Part shown: positions 39,340-53,377 of the stretch, in pieces | How the letters are laid out: every line of letters starts with the position of its first letter | How positions within the stretch are numbered: the first letter of the stretch is position 1 | Source: Octopus sinensis | Taxonomy: Eukaryota | Direction: 5' to 3' | DNA length: 64,000 nt | Assembly (NCBI RefSeq): GCF_006345805.1 | Contig: NC_043009.1 | Location: forward strand, 24,924,001 to 24,988,000 | Notes under the pieces: generated by a model | The model's database searches: none | Seen by the model: the letters and a program-made list of their open reading frames with translations, nothing else | What the model was told of the DNA's origin: nothing | Translations under genes and position numbers: made by a program

Positions 39340-39439
39340 NNNNNNNNNNNNNNNNNNNNNNNNNNNNNNNNNNNNNNNNNNNNNNNNNNNNNNNNNNNNN
39401 NNNNNNNNNNNNNNNNNNNNNNNNNNNNNNNNNNNNNNN
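39340..39439. other. Scaffold gap (100 N)
   Basis: Run of N. Confidence 1.
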
Positions 39440-39602
39440 ACACACACAAATATTCTATAATTATAAACGTAACTATATTCAAGGATCAGCTAATTGCTTC
39501 ACCACGCAGCGAATTTAGAAATAGGAGTTAAAATGCCTTTTCTGCAACCATAGAGCTCTCCCAGACAGTAACACACTTTTTCATATATAATTGTTTTAAC
39601 GG

Positions 39603-39745
39603 TAAATCTCGAAGTAGACAAAGCTATAATAGCGCGTAGATGTGGAGAGTAAAACACAAAAAAGCCTCTAGAAAGAAGTCTAAAGGTTTCCCATAGAAAG
39701 AAAGCCTCAGACTTCCCTTTGTAGCTTTGTCTGCTTCGAGATTTA
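39603..39745. mobile_element. Small inverted-repeat element (MITE-like, TA-flanked)
   Basis: taaatctcgaagtagacaaagcta (39603-39626) versus tagctttgtctgcttcgagattta (39722-39745): 24 bp, 1 mismatch. Confidence 0.6.
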
Positions 39746-39789
39746 TGATTTGAAATAAGAATACGTTCATGTTCTAGAAGTTACATCGA

Positions 39790-39820
<31 letters not shown>

Positions 39821-41509
39821 GCGCGCGTAGATGCGCAAAGCAAAGCAGAGAAAATAGCACTCGATTACCAAGGTAGAGTAAGTAACACTGTGGTGGCCAA
39901 TTGTCATTGTTGGTCGGGGGGAGTGGGGTGAATGAAGGGGTGGAGGGCGTGGGGACGGTGTAACCCCCCCCCCCACACTAACCACACCCAAGTCGTTTTT
40001 CGGTGAAACACTCATCAATTCATCCGCATCTCACTTGGGGCTAAACAGCGTCCACCACGACGACTACTATCGATCCAAGTACATGATGATACTACTACTA
40101 CTACTACAACCACCACCACCACACCGAAACAAACTATTACAAGCAAGTACACACACACACACACACTACAAATATCACCACCATAACTACGACGAAGTAA
40201 AGGAAGGAAAAGAAAAGAATGAGAAAATCAAAAAGGGAAGAAGCTGCAAAAAAAAATGAGAAGAAGAAGAAGAAATATAAGGAGAAAGAGAAGGAAATAA
40301 AAGAGGAAATACAGAAAAATGGGGGGAAAAGAATAAAATTAAAATAAAAAGAATGAAGAGAAGAATGAAAAGAATGAGAGCAAGACTTGGAAAAAAAAAG
40401 AAGAGTAAGAATAAGACAACGGGGGGAGGAGGGGGTGGAATGGTTGGTGGATGAAAGCGGATGACATGGAAAAATAATGCGTTTGCGGGCAGACAGATGG
40501 CCAGAGGGAGGAGAAGGGGAAGAGAGGGAGAGAGATTGGCTAAAGTGAGGAGAGAATGATGGATGGATGTGTGTTTAATCTGCGAAATATATGGATGGAT
40601 GTAAGAAACAAAATGTAGTTTTATAGTCAAACAAAGTAAGGCAGACCAATAGTATAATAATAACATAGGTGGCCAAGAAAAAAAAAATTGAACAAATTAA
40701 TTAATGAAGTACATTGAAGTGAGATCGATATCTGAATGCGTGTGTCGTACACCTGAAAGTAGATCATTTTTGGTTTGATGTCGAGGCAGAGACTTTCAGG
40801 TTTGGAATTATTGGACGGTATCTAAGAGTTCTTGGTCTAGCACTGCTACTGAAGAATGTCGTAAGTTTTAAGATATGATTAATAAGCACGGCAATGCGGT
40901 CAGCTGAGCCTGTACTCCGAAATTTGCTCCGAGCGACGAAACCGTTCCGCTCGCACTCACCCGTTCTGAGTCACAACATGTCTGACTCGTGCAGTTGCTT
41001 TGAACGCTTATCGTCAAGGGAAGGACGAGTCCATTATTAAAATAAATCATCCTGCTGTCTTTTCTTGCTAGAGAAGGAAAGGTGAGCACTTTTCGTTTGC
41101 TTCGTGGATACAGCAAGAACGAAACAGCGAAGACTATGGACAGGCATTTTTCTCCACTTCGGTTAAACTCTCATTAGCATTTAAACTGAAATCGATCAAA
41201 ACAGTTGCGCGAAAAGACATTTGACCGAAGAAATAGTTACTCGAATTCACAATGAATCGAATTATAAAAAATATTTGAAATACGGAGTATAATTTAAAGG
41301 GAAAAAGCAATATTTATGGCATCTTCGAGTGAATAATGCTGCTATTGGAATGAGAGAGCGAACCTGGAGTAATGGATATTTCTAATCTGAATTTTCGTTT
41401 TGTAATTTCGTAAGAAAGCACCAGCCTTCTTTTTTTTTTTTTGCTTTTTCTATATTTTTGCAATCCATTTTAGTCACGTGCTTTATTTGTCACCGTGACA
41501 AATAATGAA

Positions 41510-41670
41510 AAGATTAGCGGCATTTCTTCCGGCTTTGCTTTCTGAGTTCAAATTCCACGGAGGTTTACTTTGCCTTTCATCCTTTCGGGGTCGATAAAAT
41601 AAGTACCAGTTAAGCAATGTGGCTAATGTAATTGACTGGTCTCTTCCCCAAAAAAATTCAGGCTTATTAT
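41510..41670 (+). mobile_element. SINE family B
   Basis: ctgagttcaaattccacggaggtttactttgcctttcatcctttcggggtcgataaaataagtaccag. Confidence 0.8.
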
Positions 41671-41941
41671 CATCATCATTATTATTGTTAAGGCAGCGAG
41701 TCGGCAGAATCGTTAGGACGTTGGTACTGTAAAGACTGAAAATAGGGCAAACAAATCGCCATGTTTATTTAATGAAACTTAAATGAATTTCTTTAAAAAA
41801 CTTTTAAAATTTTCCAGTTCTAAACACGGTGAAGAAAGAATAATTATATTGCTGAAATTTTAGCCTGTCTTTTCATTAAAAATGATAATTTTTTGTTTCT
41901 TTTTTTCCCCCTGTAATTGTTTCAACTCGAAAAGTTTAGAC

Positions 41942-42215
41942 GAGGGGTTTTCAACAGGGATCCATAAGAGAAAATAACAGGGGATCCACAATATTTTAAG
42001 GGGCCCCGAAAAAATTAGTCTTTACATATGTGTAGTGGTATGTATTCCAAGAAACAGCTGGGTTTCTTTCTCTAACCTTTTACAGAGTTCAAGCATACAC
42101 GAGTTAACTTAGGAAAAACAAAACTAGTTTCTATAAATCGAATAGCTATGGGGATACACCATAGTAAAATAGTAATCAGAGGGGTCTGTTGATAAAACAT
42201 GGTTGAGAACCCCTA
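41942..42215. mobile_element. hAT-type MITE
   Basis: TIRs gaggggttttcaac / gttgagaaccccta; perfect 8-bp TSD gtttagac at 41934-41941 and 42216-42223. Confidence 0.85.
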
Positions 42216-43242
42216 GTTTAGACGAACAAATCGACCCAGCCAACTACTTTTATTTTTCTAAGTCTATTCTATCGATCTTTTTACCGAACCGCTAATTCAC
42301 CGGAAAAATAACAAACCAATTACCAGTTTGGGACAAGAACAAAAAACACACACACACAGATAGGTATATGTGTAGGATGTGTGTATGTGTGTGTAAGCCA
42401 TAGTCACATAGTAAATAGAGTTGAGCCGATATGGTGTAAATAAACAATTATTACAGAAGACCAAACATGCAATAATTTTATTGACACACACTAGTGGCGC
42501 CCGGTGATTTATCTAATGTTTAACTAAATAAGGTAGGCCAGTGGTGTAGTAATATTAAGGGGAAATTTGTAGAGTACAGCAAAGGTAAAAGTGCGTGGCT
42601 TAGTGGTTAGGGCAGTTTGAGCTCATGATTGGTTTCGATTTCAGTACAGGGTGACTGCTGTATTGTGTTCTTGAGTAAAAGTCTCCATTACACGTTGCTT
42701 CTGTCCACTCAAGCAGGCAAAAGTGAGTAAACTTAGTGATGGCTGGCGTCCTGTCCTGGTGGAGAATATAATCGCCACAGAAACCGAAGGACAAACCCTA
42801 TGAGTCTACATAGCATCTTTGTCCTTTACATATCCTAGTGTATAGTAGACCAGTGGTGTAGTAATATTTATGATTGACTACAAGTAACATCTATCATAAA
42901 CTGGTAGTGTCATAACGTTTATGGAAGACAAGCGGTATAGTAATATTTATGGTAAACCGGTAGCGTGAGAAATATTTATGGGAGATGTGTAGGAAGACTT
43001 ACTGATGGCAAAATAATGTGGTACGGTAAGATATATGGGAGATTAAGAGTGTAGAAATATTTATATGGTAAACTACCGGGGAAACAATAATATACTGGGT
43101 CGAATCTAAATAGAATTCACTGACAGAGATGCGAGAGATAATGTTATTATTACTCGATGGTTCTTGTTTAAGAACCGGGACAGCTGCAATTCAGTAAATC
43201 TAAGAAAGACCAAAAGCGTTCCAATTGTGACCATGCGTAGTA

Positions 43243-43640
43243 GTGGCTGTGTGGTAAGTAGCTTGCATACGAACCACATGGCTCCAGGTTCAGTCCCACT
43301 GCGTGGCACCTTGGGGAAGTGTCTTCTACTATAGCCTCGGGCTGACCAAAGCCTTGTGAGTGGATTTGGTAGACGGAAACTGGAAGAAGCCCGTCGTATA
43401 AATGTATATGTATGTGTGCGTTTGTGTTTGCATGTTTGTGCTTAACCCCCCCCCCCCCACATCGCTTGACAACCGATGCTGGTGTGTTTACGTCCCCGTA
43501 ACTTAGCGGTTCGGCAAAAGCGACCGATAGAATAAGTACTAGGCTTGCAAAGAATAAGTCCCGGGATCGATTTGCTCGACTAAAGGCGGTGCTCCAGCAT
43601 GGCCGCAGTCAACTGACTGAAGCAAGTAAAAGAGTAAAGA
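43243..43640 (+). mobile_element. tRNA-derived SINE family A (CORE-like domain, internal microsatellite), best-preserved copy
   Basis: Head gtggctgtgtggtaag (A-box-like) and ggttcagtccc (B-box-like), CORE-like accttggggaagtgtctt, internal (TG)n, and a 3' part ending gcatggccgcagtcaactgactgaagcaagtaaaagagtaaaga; many similar copies in the window. Confidence 0.85.
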
Positions 43641-44968
43641 GTATGCTGTTTTTTCATCTTTTCCCTTTTCTTCTTTGGAAACTTAACTACATTTGTACGA
43701 CGGGATTCTTCCTCTAATTTCATATAATTATTTACAATTATATTTTCTTCAGACAACGTAAGGCGTGATTTGAGGAACATTAAGTTACTATTTTTAATAG
43801 GTCAAGCGGTCACGCAGAAGCATGCTTCCTCGTTTTGGTTCCTGCGATAAGATAGGTGTGTGTGTGTGTGTGGTATGGTGGACCAGAAGTGCACAAATAA
43901 TTAAATTAGGACTTCTAATATTACATTCGTTAAGTAGTAATAGTAGTAGTAGTGGTGGTAGTTTAAACAAACAAACCAGGCAATCGTAGTAGTGCGTGCG
44001 TGTGTGTGTGTGGTTGTAGTAGAAAAGCACTTTAACGCATCTCGTAGCGAAAAAGAGAGATAAAGTATTGAGGAAATAGAAACACAAACATGAGAGAAGG
44101 GGAGGGAGGAGAGAGAGAGACAAATATAAGAAGGAGGGAGAGAGTGAGGGAGTTAGACAGATACAGAGAAAAGAAGAAGCAGTGGACAAAGAGGAGAAAA
44201 AATAGAAGACGGGATGAGAAAGAAGGAAGAGGTATAGAAAGAAAAGAGACGGTAAGTGAGAGGGGAAGATACAGATACATAGAGAGATAAGGGGGAAGGG
44301 GAGAAGAGAAAGAGAGTGAGTGATGAAAGAGGGATGTCAGTCAGCGAAGGGAGAGAGGAAGAGAAGCAGATAACAGCGTATAGAGGAGGAGAAGGAGGAA
44401 GTGGAGGCAGAGGAGAAAGGGAAGATAGAGTAGAAGGAGGAGGACAATTTGAAGTGAAAGCGATGGTAACTGTTGTGGACTGGATGTGGCTGACACTGGC
44501 GTTAGAGGACGACCACACAGAAACCACCATATACACACTCACACATACATTCATATATATATATACATATATACACACATACAAATATATGTTAACATTA
44601 GGATATAGAGCACGCAGGCAACAGTATCTTATGTGTGTGTATATATAGCTGTGTACGTATGTGTGTGTGTGTAACTGGCTTTCTGCGTGCCTGTCTGTCT
44701 GTCGCCCTCTTTTGCCTTGTTCAGACGCCTTTCACATTTTCGGCGATATCGGTGTGAAGAGAGAGAGAGAGAGAGAAAAGGAAAGGATAGGCTGATAGAT
44801 AGATAGATAGATAGATAGATAGACAGAGAGAGAGAGAAGAATTATCGCAAGAATGTCATCATGTGACCAAAAGACTATTGGAGATGGAGGTGCCGGGCAG
44901 GGTTAGGATTAGGATGCGGATGGGGGAAATTGGTAAAGAAAGAAGGACGGAAGATGAATTGGCTGCGT

Positions 44969-45004
<36 letters not shown>

Positions 45005-45753
45005 TATATATACATACACACATAGATAGATAGATAGATAGACATACATACATATATGTACCTAAATTCATAGATACATATACACCCATACACACGCACA
45101 CAAACAGATATAGGCAGATCAAACAGACAGGCAGACAGATAACAAGAGAGATGGATAGATAGAAAGATAGATAGATAGATAGAGATGAGTGATTGATAGT
45201 AAGAGAGAAAAACAAAGAGTAAATAAATAATAATACTAATAATAAAAATTTTTTTTTTTTTAAAGTGGGGGAAGAGGAAGGCTAAATAACAGGGGAAGAA
45301 GAAAACGAGAAAGGGCCAGCGAATGACATGAGTAAAAGGCCAGGAATGTATTCGACACAGCAACCAGCAGTGACAACACAAATGTCGGAGGTGGTATTAG
45401 AGGGAAAAACCCCGAAAGACCACCATCGCCACCGCCAATAACGGAGACACATACACACACAAGATATGTATGTATTATGTATGTACATGCACTTCTTACG
45501 CATGTATGAACATTACATATATCGGTGTATATTATTTGCCAATGTGTAGAGAAGTCTCGGTCTTTGAGTCACTCTTATAACTTCTGGAGAATATTGATAA
45601 TGAATATGTCTGTGTGTGTGTGTGTGTGTGCAATATATATAGTTATGTGTATATGCACTTCTGGTATATGTACACGCGTGTATGAACAAACATGTGTGTG
45701 TGTGTGTGTTGAGAGAGAACACAGGTGTAATGGGTGTGTGTAGATATACGTAA

Positions 45754-45789
<36 letters not shown>

Positions 45790-45955
45790 TCAATGCAGGC
45801 GTGGAGGCTGAATGTGCAGAAAAACAACCACACCTTTAGAAAGAGAAAGCAATAAAAAAAAAAAAAACAAGAGACAATTCGAACCCTGTACCTCTTGCAT
45901 ACAAACCATATCACAGTGCGCGTGTGAACTTACATGTATAAGCATATACATGTGC

Positions 45956-46020
<65 letters not shown>

Positions 46021-46131
46021 GTGTGTGTGTGTGTGTGGTACGTATGTATATTCACACACATAACACATATATAATGCATAGATATGTATGTACACATATT
46101 CAAATATATATGTATGAATATATGCACACAA

Positions 46132-46185
<54 letters not shown>

Positions 46186-46893
46186 TCACACATACGTACA
46201 TATATACATGTGTATATATATGAATATATATATATATATATATATATATGAAAACATACGTACATATACATACATACCGACATACATGTACAGCCGGAGA
46301 GATATCTAACATTTATTTCTGTGGAGGGAGGGGGAAAGCGTGTGTTCCCACGCACGCGCAGAAGCTGAACCTGAACTGAAGTGCAAGGATGAGACATCGG
46401 AAGACCTCGCTGAGACCATGCGCACTGGCGGACAAAACTACACCTCCCCCTACCTATCTGCCTATCACTCTCTCTCTCTCTCTCTCTTTAACTACTTCCC
46501 CTCTCTCTAATTCACTCAGTATCTTCCGCCTTACCCTCCTTCAGTCGATCTCTTGCTGACTTACGCACACACACACACACACATACATACATGCGTACAG
46601 ACACGCGCGCGCGCCCTGTCTTTCTCCTGCTCCAACCAAATCGATCGATACAAACCAAGATCGACAATGGTCAATGGATTTGAGTGAAACAGAATATGAG
46701 AGCGAGAGATACAGAGAAGGATTTGTTTGTCTTTTCGGTTTGTTTATATATATACACACACACACACACACAGAGGGTGTGGAATTTCGCCTACACACAC
46801 ATATCGTCTATATAACATTACGTCTACGTAATGTTATATATGTAATATATAACTATATAATGTATCTATCACACACTCACGTGTTTATTTATA

Positions 46894-46952
<59 letters not shown>

Positions 46953-46954
46953 AT

Positions 46955-47131
46955 CTTTTATATTTTACTTGTTTCAGTCATTAGACTGCGACCATGCTAG
47001 CGCACCGTCTCGAAGTGATTGCTTTTTATAAGACTGGTACTTATTCAATCGGCCTCTTTTGCCGAACCGCTGGGTTATGGGACGTAAACACACTAGCACC
47101 GGTTTTCAAGCGGTGGGGGAAGGGACAAACG

Positions 47132-47174
<43 letters not shown>

Positions 47175-47210
47175 CAATAGGCTTCTTCCAGTTTTCATCT
47201 ACCAAATCTA
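46955..47210 (-). mobile_element. SINE family A, 3' portion, reverse
   Basis: cttgtttcagtcattagactgcgaccatgc...gccgaaccgctggg. Confidence 0.7.
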
Positions 47211-47289
47211 ATCACAGGATAGATAGATAGATAGATAGATGCCTGTATATAGAATAATATACTACCATTAAATGTAAGAGCGTTTAGAA

Positions 47290-47620
47290 CACAGGCTCTC
47301 AAACTTTTGGGGCCACCGCCCCCTCGTGGTAACATAATACCCCCAGCGCCCCATCCCTATTTTTTATGTATAAATAAATATTCTATATTTTACTAATTTA
47401 TATATACTATGAATCATTCGATATTTAATATAATATTATATAATTTGTATACGATACAATAATAATATTATAAATTCTTAGCGCCCCCAACTCCATTGCC
47501 TTCTTTCCAACGCCTCCTTTTTCTCTACCGCGCCCCCACATCACCCCTTAGACACCAGCGCCCACCTGGACCCCTCTCAACGCCCACCGGGAGCGGTAGC
47601 GCCCACTTTGAGAACCTATG
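47290..47620. mobile_element. hAT-type MITE
   Basis: Imperfect 16-bp TIRs (cacaggctctcaaact / actttgagaacctatg) with perfect 8-bp TSD gtttagaa at 47282-47289 and 47621-47628. Confidence 0.85.
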
Positions 47621-47682
47621 GTTTAGAAGTTGCATTACAAGCATTTATGTGAGTGTGTGATGTTTATGTTTGCATTCTACAA

Positions 47683-47855
47683 CAGTGCTCCGCAACCGGT
47701 ATGCCGCGGCACACTAGTGTGTCCCGAGACGATGCTAGGTGTGCCGCAGCGTAACCCGAATATATTTTTTAGTTCAGGTGTGTTGCCGAATTTTGAAAAG
47801 AACATAAGTGCACCGCAAGTAAAAAAAAAAAAAAAAAAACGGTTGGGGAGCACTG
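47683..47855. mobile_element. hAT-type MITE
   Basis: 16-bp TIR cagtgctccgcaaccg / cggttggggagcactg (1 mismatch); flanks ttctacaa / ctctagaa (imperfect 8-bp TSD). Confidence 0.8.
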
Positions 47856-47974
47856 CTCTAGAAACGAGTGCTTTTAGAGTGTAAGCAAACACAACACACA
47901 CATACATGCGCGCACACACATACACACACACATACACAAATTTCAAATTTAGAAGAAAAAATATACAATTTTAT

Positions 47975-48360
47975 AGGCGCAAGCGTGGCTATATGGTAGA
48001 ACTGATTCTCAGCCAGCTGGTTCCGGGTTCAGTTCCAGTGTGACAAATTGGGCAAGTATCTTTTGGTATAGTCTCTGACCGACCAAAGCTTTGTGAGGGG
48101 ATGTGGCTGACGGAAAGTGAAGGAAGCCCATCGTATCTATCTATCTACCTATATATATATATCAATATGCGTGCGTCCTATCTGTTTGACAACTGCTGAT
48201 GGTTTGTCTATGTTCCCGTAACAAAGCGATTCCGCAAAAAGGGGCCGATAGAATAAGTAAGTGCCAGCCTTTAAAAATAAGTACAGGGGTCGATTCGTCC
48301 GACAAAGAAATTAGTTAGGGCGGTGCTCCAGCATGACGGCATACTACTGAAATAAGTAAA
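47975..48360 (+). mobile_element. SINE family A, diverged
   Basis: Colinear head, body and tail. Confidence 0.75.
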
Positions 48361-48811
48361 GAGATTCAAGATACATCGAACAATATTTCAATCTATCATT
48401 TTCGATATATTTCGGGCAACTGTCCGCATGGCTCCACACACACAAACACACACACACACACACACAAATATAAACTCTAGACATACCTATACATAAACGC
48501 CAGCAACCGTCCCTCATACACACGCTTACATATACACAAACGTACACACAAACCAAAAGTTGTTCATTTCTTCCATAACCTTAAATACATTTTCGAACAT
48601 GGAACATAAAACAATGACATATTTGGCAATTTCATTATCTTAAACAGTTCCCTCCTCCGCAGCACCCTTACACACACACACACAACACACACAAACACAC
48701 ACACACAGTTTGCCCGTAATGCTACGCTCTACATACATATATGGTATAACGGAAACAATACTGTTGTCACACCTCGTATCGTAATCTCTCTCTCTCCCTC
48801 TATATATCTAA

Positions 48812-48858
<47 letters not shown>

Positions 48859-48944
48859 AAGGATTGTGTGTGTGAGTAGTTTTTGTTGAGAGGTTATATC
48901 CTGTCCCTGTTTCAGTGTAAAAAAATGAGGACACATACAATATA

Positions 48945-48982
<38 letters not shown>

Positions 48983-49865
48983 ATATTCATAAATGTCGAG
49001 CAACGAGAATGATTGCTCAACACCGCATTGGTTGATAAAATTTCTTTCTTTGTGTGAAGGCTATCATTGGTTTCATGTTAAGAAAAATATCTTAATAATT
49101 TTTCAAGCCGGTCATATGGAGGAATAGTGTTCATCTCCATTTTCGACGAAAGAACAAAACGTCTTCAATTGTACACACACAAATATATAGGGGAGACAAT
49201 GTACAAAGAAGCAACCGGTATCAGGGCAAATTATGACATTTGTATAATTTTGATGTAGAAATCATTGTTATAAGAGTTCAGACCACAAGAGACCAATAAA
49301 AGAGCTGGTATTCTTCCGGAACTGTTAAACAGTAAACTCGTGTGATTGAAATTGGATAGTAAGGTGAAGGCAGGTCGTTGTATACCGACTCCGAAAATGG
49401 GTGCGAAGGAAACTGTACGGGTAGGCCTTACAGCTGTTTCAAGAATAGATTTACATTTGTTGAAATCCACTGAACAGCGTTTCAGTGGCAATCCTCGGGG
49501 AGAAAAGTGAGTTAGGGCTTATATCTTCTCTGTTTTTTTTTTTTTTATGGAGTTCATGCTGGAGATTAGACAACAAGCCATATATATGCTACATAAACAT
49601 ATAAACATTATGAAGATGGAACAGTGCTGATGTGAAAGCCAATGACAAAAAAGAAAGACACGAAGAAGTTTGAAACTATATTTAACATGGAATTTATCTG
49701 ATCCTTGGTATACGAGAGGAAAACCAATATTCTGATTATATTGAGACTGAAAAATTCACAAAAGTGTGAGGAAGCGAGAAAACTAAAGAAATCTGTATTT
49801 GTGACAAATTTTCGCATTAAATTTCAATCACTAAATCCATGTCGGATACTTAAAGCATCCAAGGA

Positions 49866-49931
<66 letters not shown>

Positions 49932-49997
49932 TTTAACACAGAATTAAGCAACTCGTACCCGTCTCCCCATCAATCCACCGCCATCAACATCTTCTAG

Positions 49998-50183
49998 GCA
50001 ATCAGTAATGAAGATCCTTGGAAGATCCAATCCGGGTTTCATACTCAAAGAAGACTCAATCCGAAAATGCTGCAGGGAACTACAAGATGTCAGAGAGCAT
50101 TTCGAAACTGTGAATGTCCTTATAATATTGAGGAGTTGGATAGGAGACGCTTTGGCGCAGCTGTCTTGGCGTCGCTGATTTGA
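49998..50183 (+). CDS. Candidate terminal coding exon of unknown product
   Basis: Non-repetitive sequence after ttctag; 61 codons AISNEDPWKIQSGFHTQRRLNPKMLQGTTRCQRAFRNCECPYNIEELDRRRFGAAVLASLI*; no homology recognised and other frames are also open. Confidence 0.15.
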   Translation, partial: AISNEDPWKIQSGFHTQRRLNPKMLQGTTRCQRAFRNCECPYNIEELDRRRFGAAVLASLI

Positions 50184-51419
50184 CGCTGACATTATTTGAC
50201 ATCTGGCTCGATACAATCAAAACTGTTTTATTTCAGTTGTGGGTATATAACACCTATAGCTAAGCATCAATATAACTGACTATATACATATGTATATATA
50301 TTATTATGATTATGATTATTATTATTATTATTATTATTACATAAGAACCCCGATATATCATTAATAAAGGAACAGAAATTCATTTTGCGCTACACCACAT
50401 GAATTGCATTAAATCATTAAGGTAAAATTAATTTAATGCGAACTCCACTCTGTGATCACCTTCGACAAAAGAATGGGCTTGTTATGCTGAGGAGCAAAGT
50501 CGACCTAATTAACAACAGTAATGAAGTCCATTATTTAATTAATGCTCATCATTGTTAGGACGACGAATTAGCATAAGTGACGGGGGTGGGAGGAGCGTCC
50601 TTCAGTGGTTTATTACAACTTACAGCATGCAACGTTCAGATCAGAACAAAGTCTTGACATTCCCTTTTAGCTTTCCAGATATGGCAACAATAAAAAAAAA
50701 GAAAAGAAAAAGAAGGGAGCTGTCAAACACTGGAGCTGATTAAACTATTTCTTTATACCCCAAAAGGGAGCAAGAATTATAATTTATAGAATTATTTCAA
50801 AAAGGATGATGGATTCGCAGACTAAAGTACTTGTTGAACACGGGTCGATAGAATCAACTAAAACCCCTTTCAAAACTGCTAACCCTCAACCAAATTTAGA
50901 GAGAATTATTATTTTGAAGTTACCACCTTTAAAAATGGGTTTAAAGAAGATTTTAAAATAAATGAAAATTCTATAAATAAAATTCGGTAAACGCTGTCCG
51001 AGATTGATTCCAGTTAAAGGCAGCCAACCAATTTTATTTCATTTCATTTTGTCTTATTTTATGGTATATATTCTTCGACCCTTTCACTGTGTATAGCGGG
51101 TATATCCTTTCAGAATTTTATTACTCTCAACTGCAGGAAGCAGTTTTACATATCAATCTAACTTTTGTTGAGGAATCTTTGAAAGTATTTTGCGTTGAGA
51201 TATTTCAAATTTATTGAGGCAACGTAATTTGCAGAAGTTCGTTTCCAGAATGCCAGTTCTACTTCATTACCAGAATAACGATGGAAGTTAAATTTCCCAG
51301 TGAAATTTAAGTACATTTCCTCAGGAACCCATGGTGAAGTTTGACGGGTTCTGGTTTTAAGTAGGATGCAGATTTTCAAACGACTTAGTTCGATTCCAGA
51401 AAACTAGTGACACGGAATA

Positions 51420-51635
51420 TTGGTTTCAGATTTCGGTAAAGGACCAGTAACTTCGGGGGATGAGGTAATTTAATTAGATCGACCTTAGTACTCAGCTGGT
51501 ACTTATATAATGGACCCCGAAAGGATGAAAGGCAAAGTCGACCTCGGCGGAATTTGAACTCAGAACGTAGCGGCAGACGAAATGCCGCTAAGCATTTCGC
51601 CCAGCGTGCTAACGGTTCTGCCAAATTGCCGCCTT
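51420..51635 (-). mobile_element. SINE family B
   Basis: ggaccccgaaaggatgaaaggcaaagtcgacctcggcggaatttgaactcagaacgtagcgg. Confidence 0.85.
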
Positions 51636-51952
51636 CGACTAGTGACACAGATTATTAAAATAAATAAATAAATAAACATCAAAGACAAAACAAAAATAAA
51701 AAAGTTCGAAAATAAGTTATGACACGTTTCTATTCAAGAAAAGCCGCGACCTAGTTCTTCTAAAGGTCAGTCTGTTTTTAGCATAAAGAGAAGAACCAGA
51801 AAGAATCTTAACATATTTTACCAATAATTCCGTTGTTATTTCTTGAGCTCATTTTAGTAAGCACAACAGCGGCCATACTGGAGTAGAACCCATAAAAGCG
51901 GAAGAAGTATCTGTGTTAATTTTGTCTTTTCCTTACTACTGACCTACTTTAA

Positions 51953-51984
<32 letters not shown>

Positions 51985-52435
51985 TTTTATACATTTCAGT
52001 CCTAAGGCTGTGGGAATATATCTTTATTGAAACATTAAATCTTGAAGCAGATACAGCTATGAAAAAATAACGCGTAAAAATTAAAATAAAAACCGATTTG
52101 ATAAAGTTATATATGCTCTCTTCTCTGAATTATATATATATAAATTCTGCATTTCGAAACGGGAAGCAGAACTCCGTACATGAATTAGAGAATATCATGT
52201 TATTACGAGGAGTTACGGTGGCACAAGCGTCTTTAGTACAAGTGCACTTATCAAACAACTCGGTCGCTTCATGTGACTCGCAACTATACTCTATTTCACG
52301 TAAATGGGTTCCATTAAACCTCATTATAAAATCAATTATATATATACACCTACATGTCGACGGCTACGTATGTACACATGTGTATGTATGTATATTTGCA
52401 TGGATACATACACACCTATATGTGTGGGGGGGGGG

Positions 52436-52663
52436 ATATGTATGTATATAGACGCATTTATGATAAGAGAATGAAGGTGTAGGAGAAAGAAAAAAGACTT
52501 GGGCGACGAGAAGGGGGAAGGGTGAGAAGGTTGTGGGGGGGGGGGGGGGGATATGTATGTATATAGACGCATTTATGATAAAGAGAATGAAGGTGTAGGA
52601 GAAAGAAAAAAGACTTGGGCGACGAGAAGGGGGAAGGGTGAGAAGGTTGTGGGGGGGGGGGGG
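52436..52663. repeat. 115-bp near-perfect tandem duplication bounded by poly-G
   Basis: Units start at 52436 and 52551; they differ by a single-A indel and poly-G length. Confidence 0.9.
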
Positions 52664-53322
52664 AAGGACGTCGCGTGAGCACGTGACACATGACGTCGTC
52701 ACAAGGGTTTTCAGGCCAGTTCGTGACTCAGCATATCCTTGCGTAGAAGATTCATGGGAAGGAATTTTTGCCAGTGTCATCGCCGCCGCTGTCTCCGCAG
52801 TCACCGTATACGCCGTGGTGATGGTGGTGGTGATCATCGTTGTCGTGGTGGTGGTCTCTAGGCAAATTTGATGGATTATATTGGCTACGCACGATAATGA
52901 TTAGTGTGTGTGTGTGTGGCGATGGCGGCGGGGGACTGGGGAGTTTCGAAGTGATAGGTATGTGTGTATGTATATACTTGCATACACTCACATTTGTGTG
53001 TATGTATATGTATGAACAGGAACATGTTCAATGTATGTCAATGTACAGGTACATAATGTGTGTGTATGCAAATACACACACACACACACACGAGTGTCTA
53101 TACATAAATATATCAACATTCATAAGTGTGTGTGTGGTATGTGTAGACACAAGCATTCATTCATGAATCTACATTAAATATATATATATAAGATATGTTA
53201 TACATAAATGTGAAACAAGGTGGAAAAAAAGAGTTTTAAAACTGTCCGACGTTCGGGAACGTGAAACTGAGTAATAGTTTTTGTGATATTTCTGCTGCCT
53301 TTAAGTATGTATGTATGTATAC

Positions 53323-53370
<48 letters not shown>

Positions 53371-53377
<7 letters not shown>

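Noticed and set aside
34568-52688. Shared 15-mer gtcgcgtgagcacgt at about 34568 and about 52670
   Set aside because: A 15-mer match between any two positions of 64 kb is near chance expectation.
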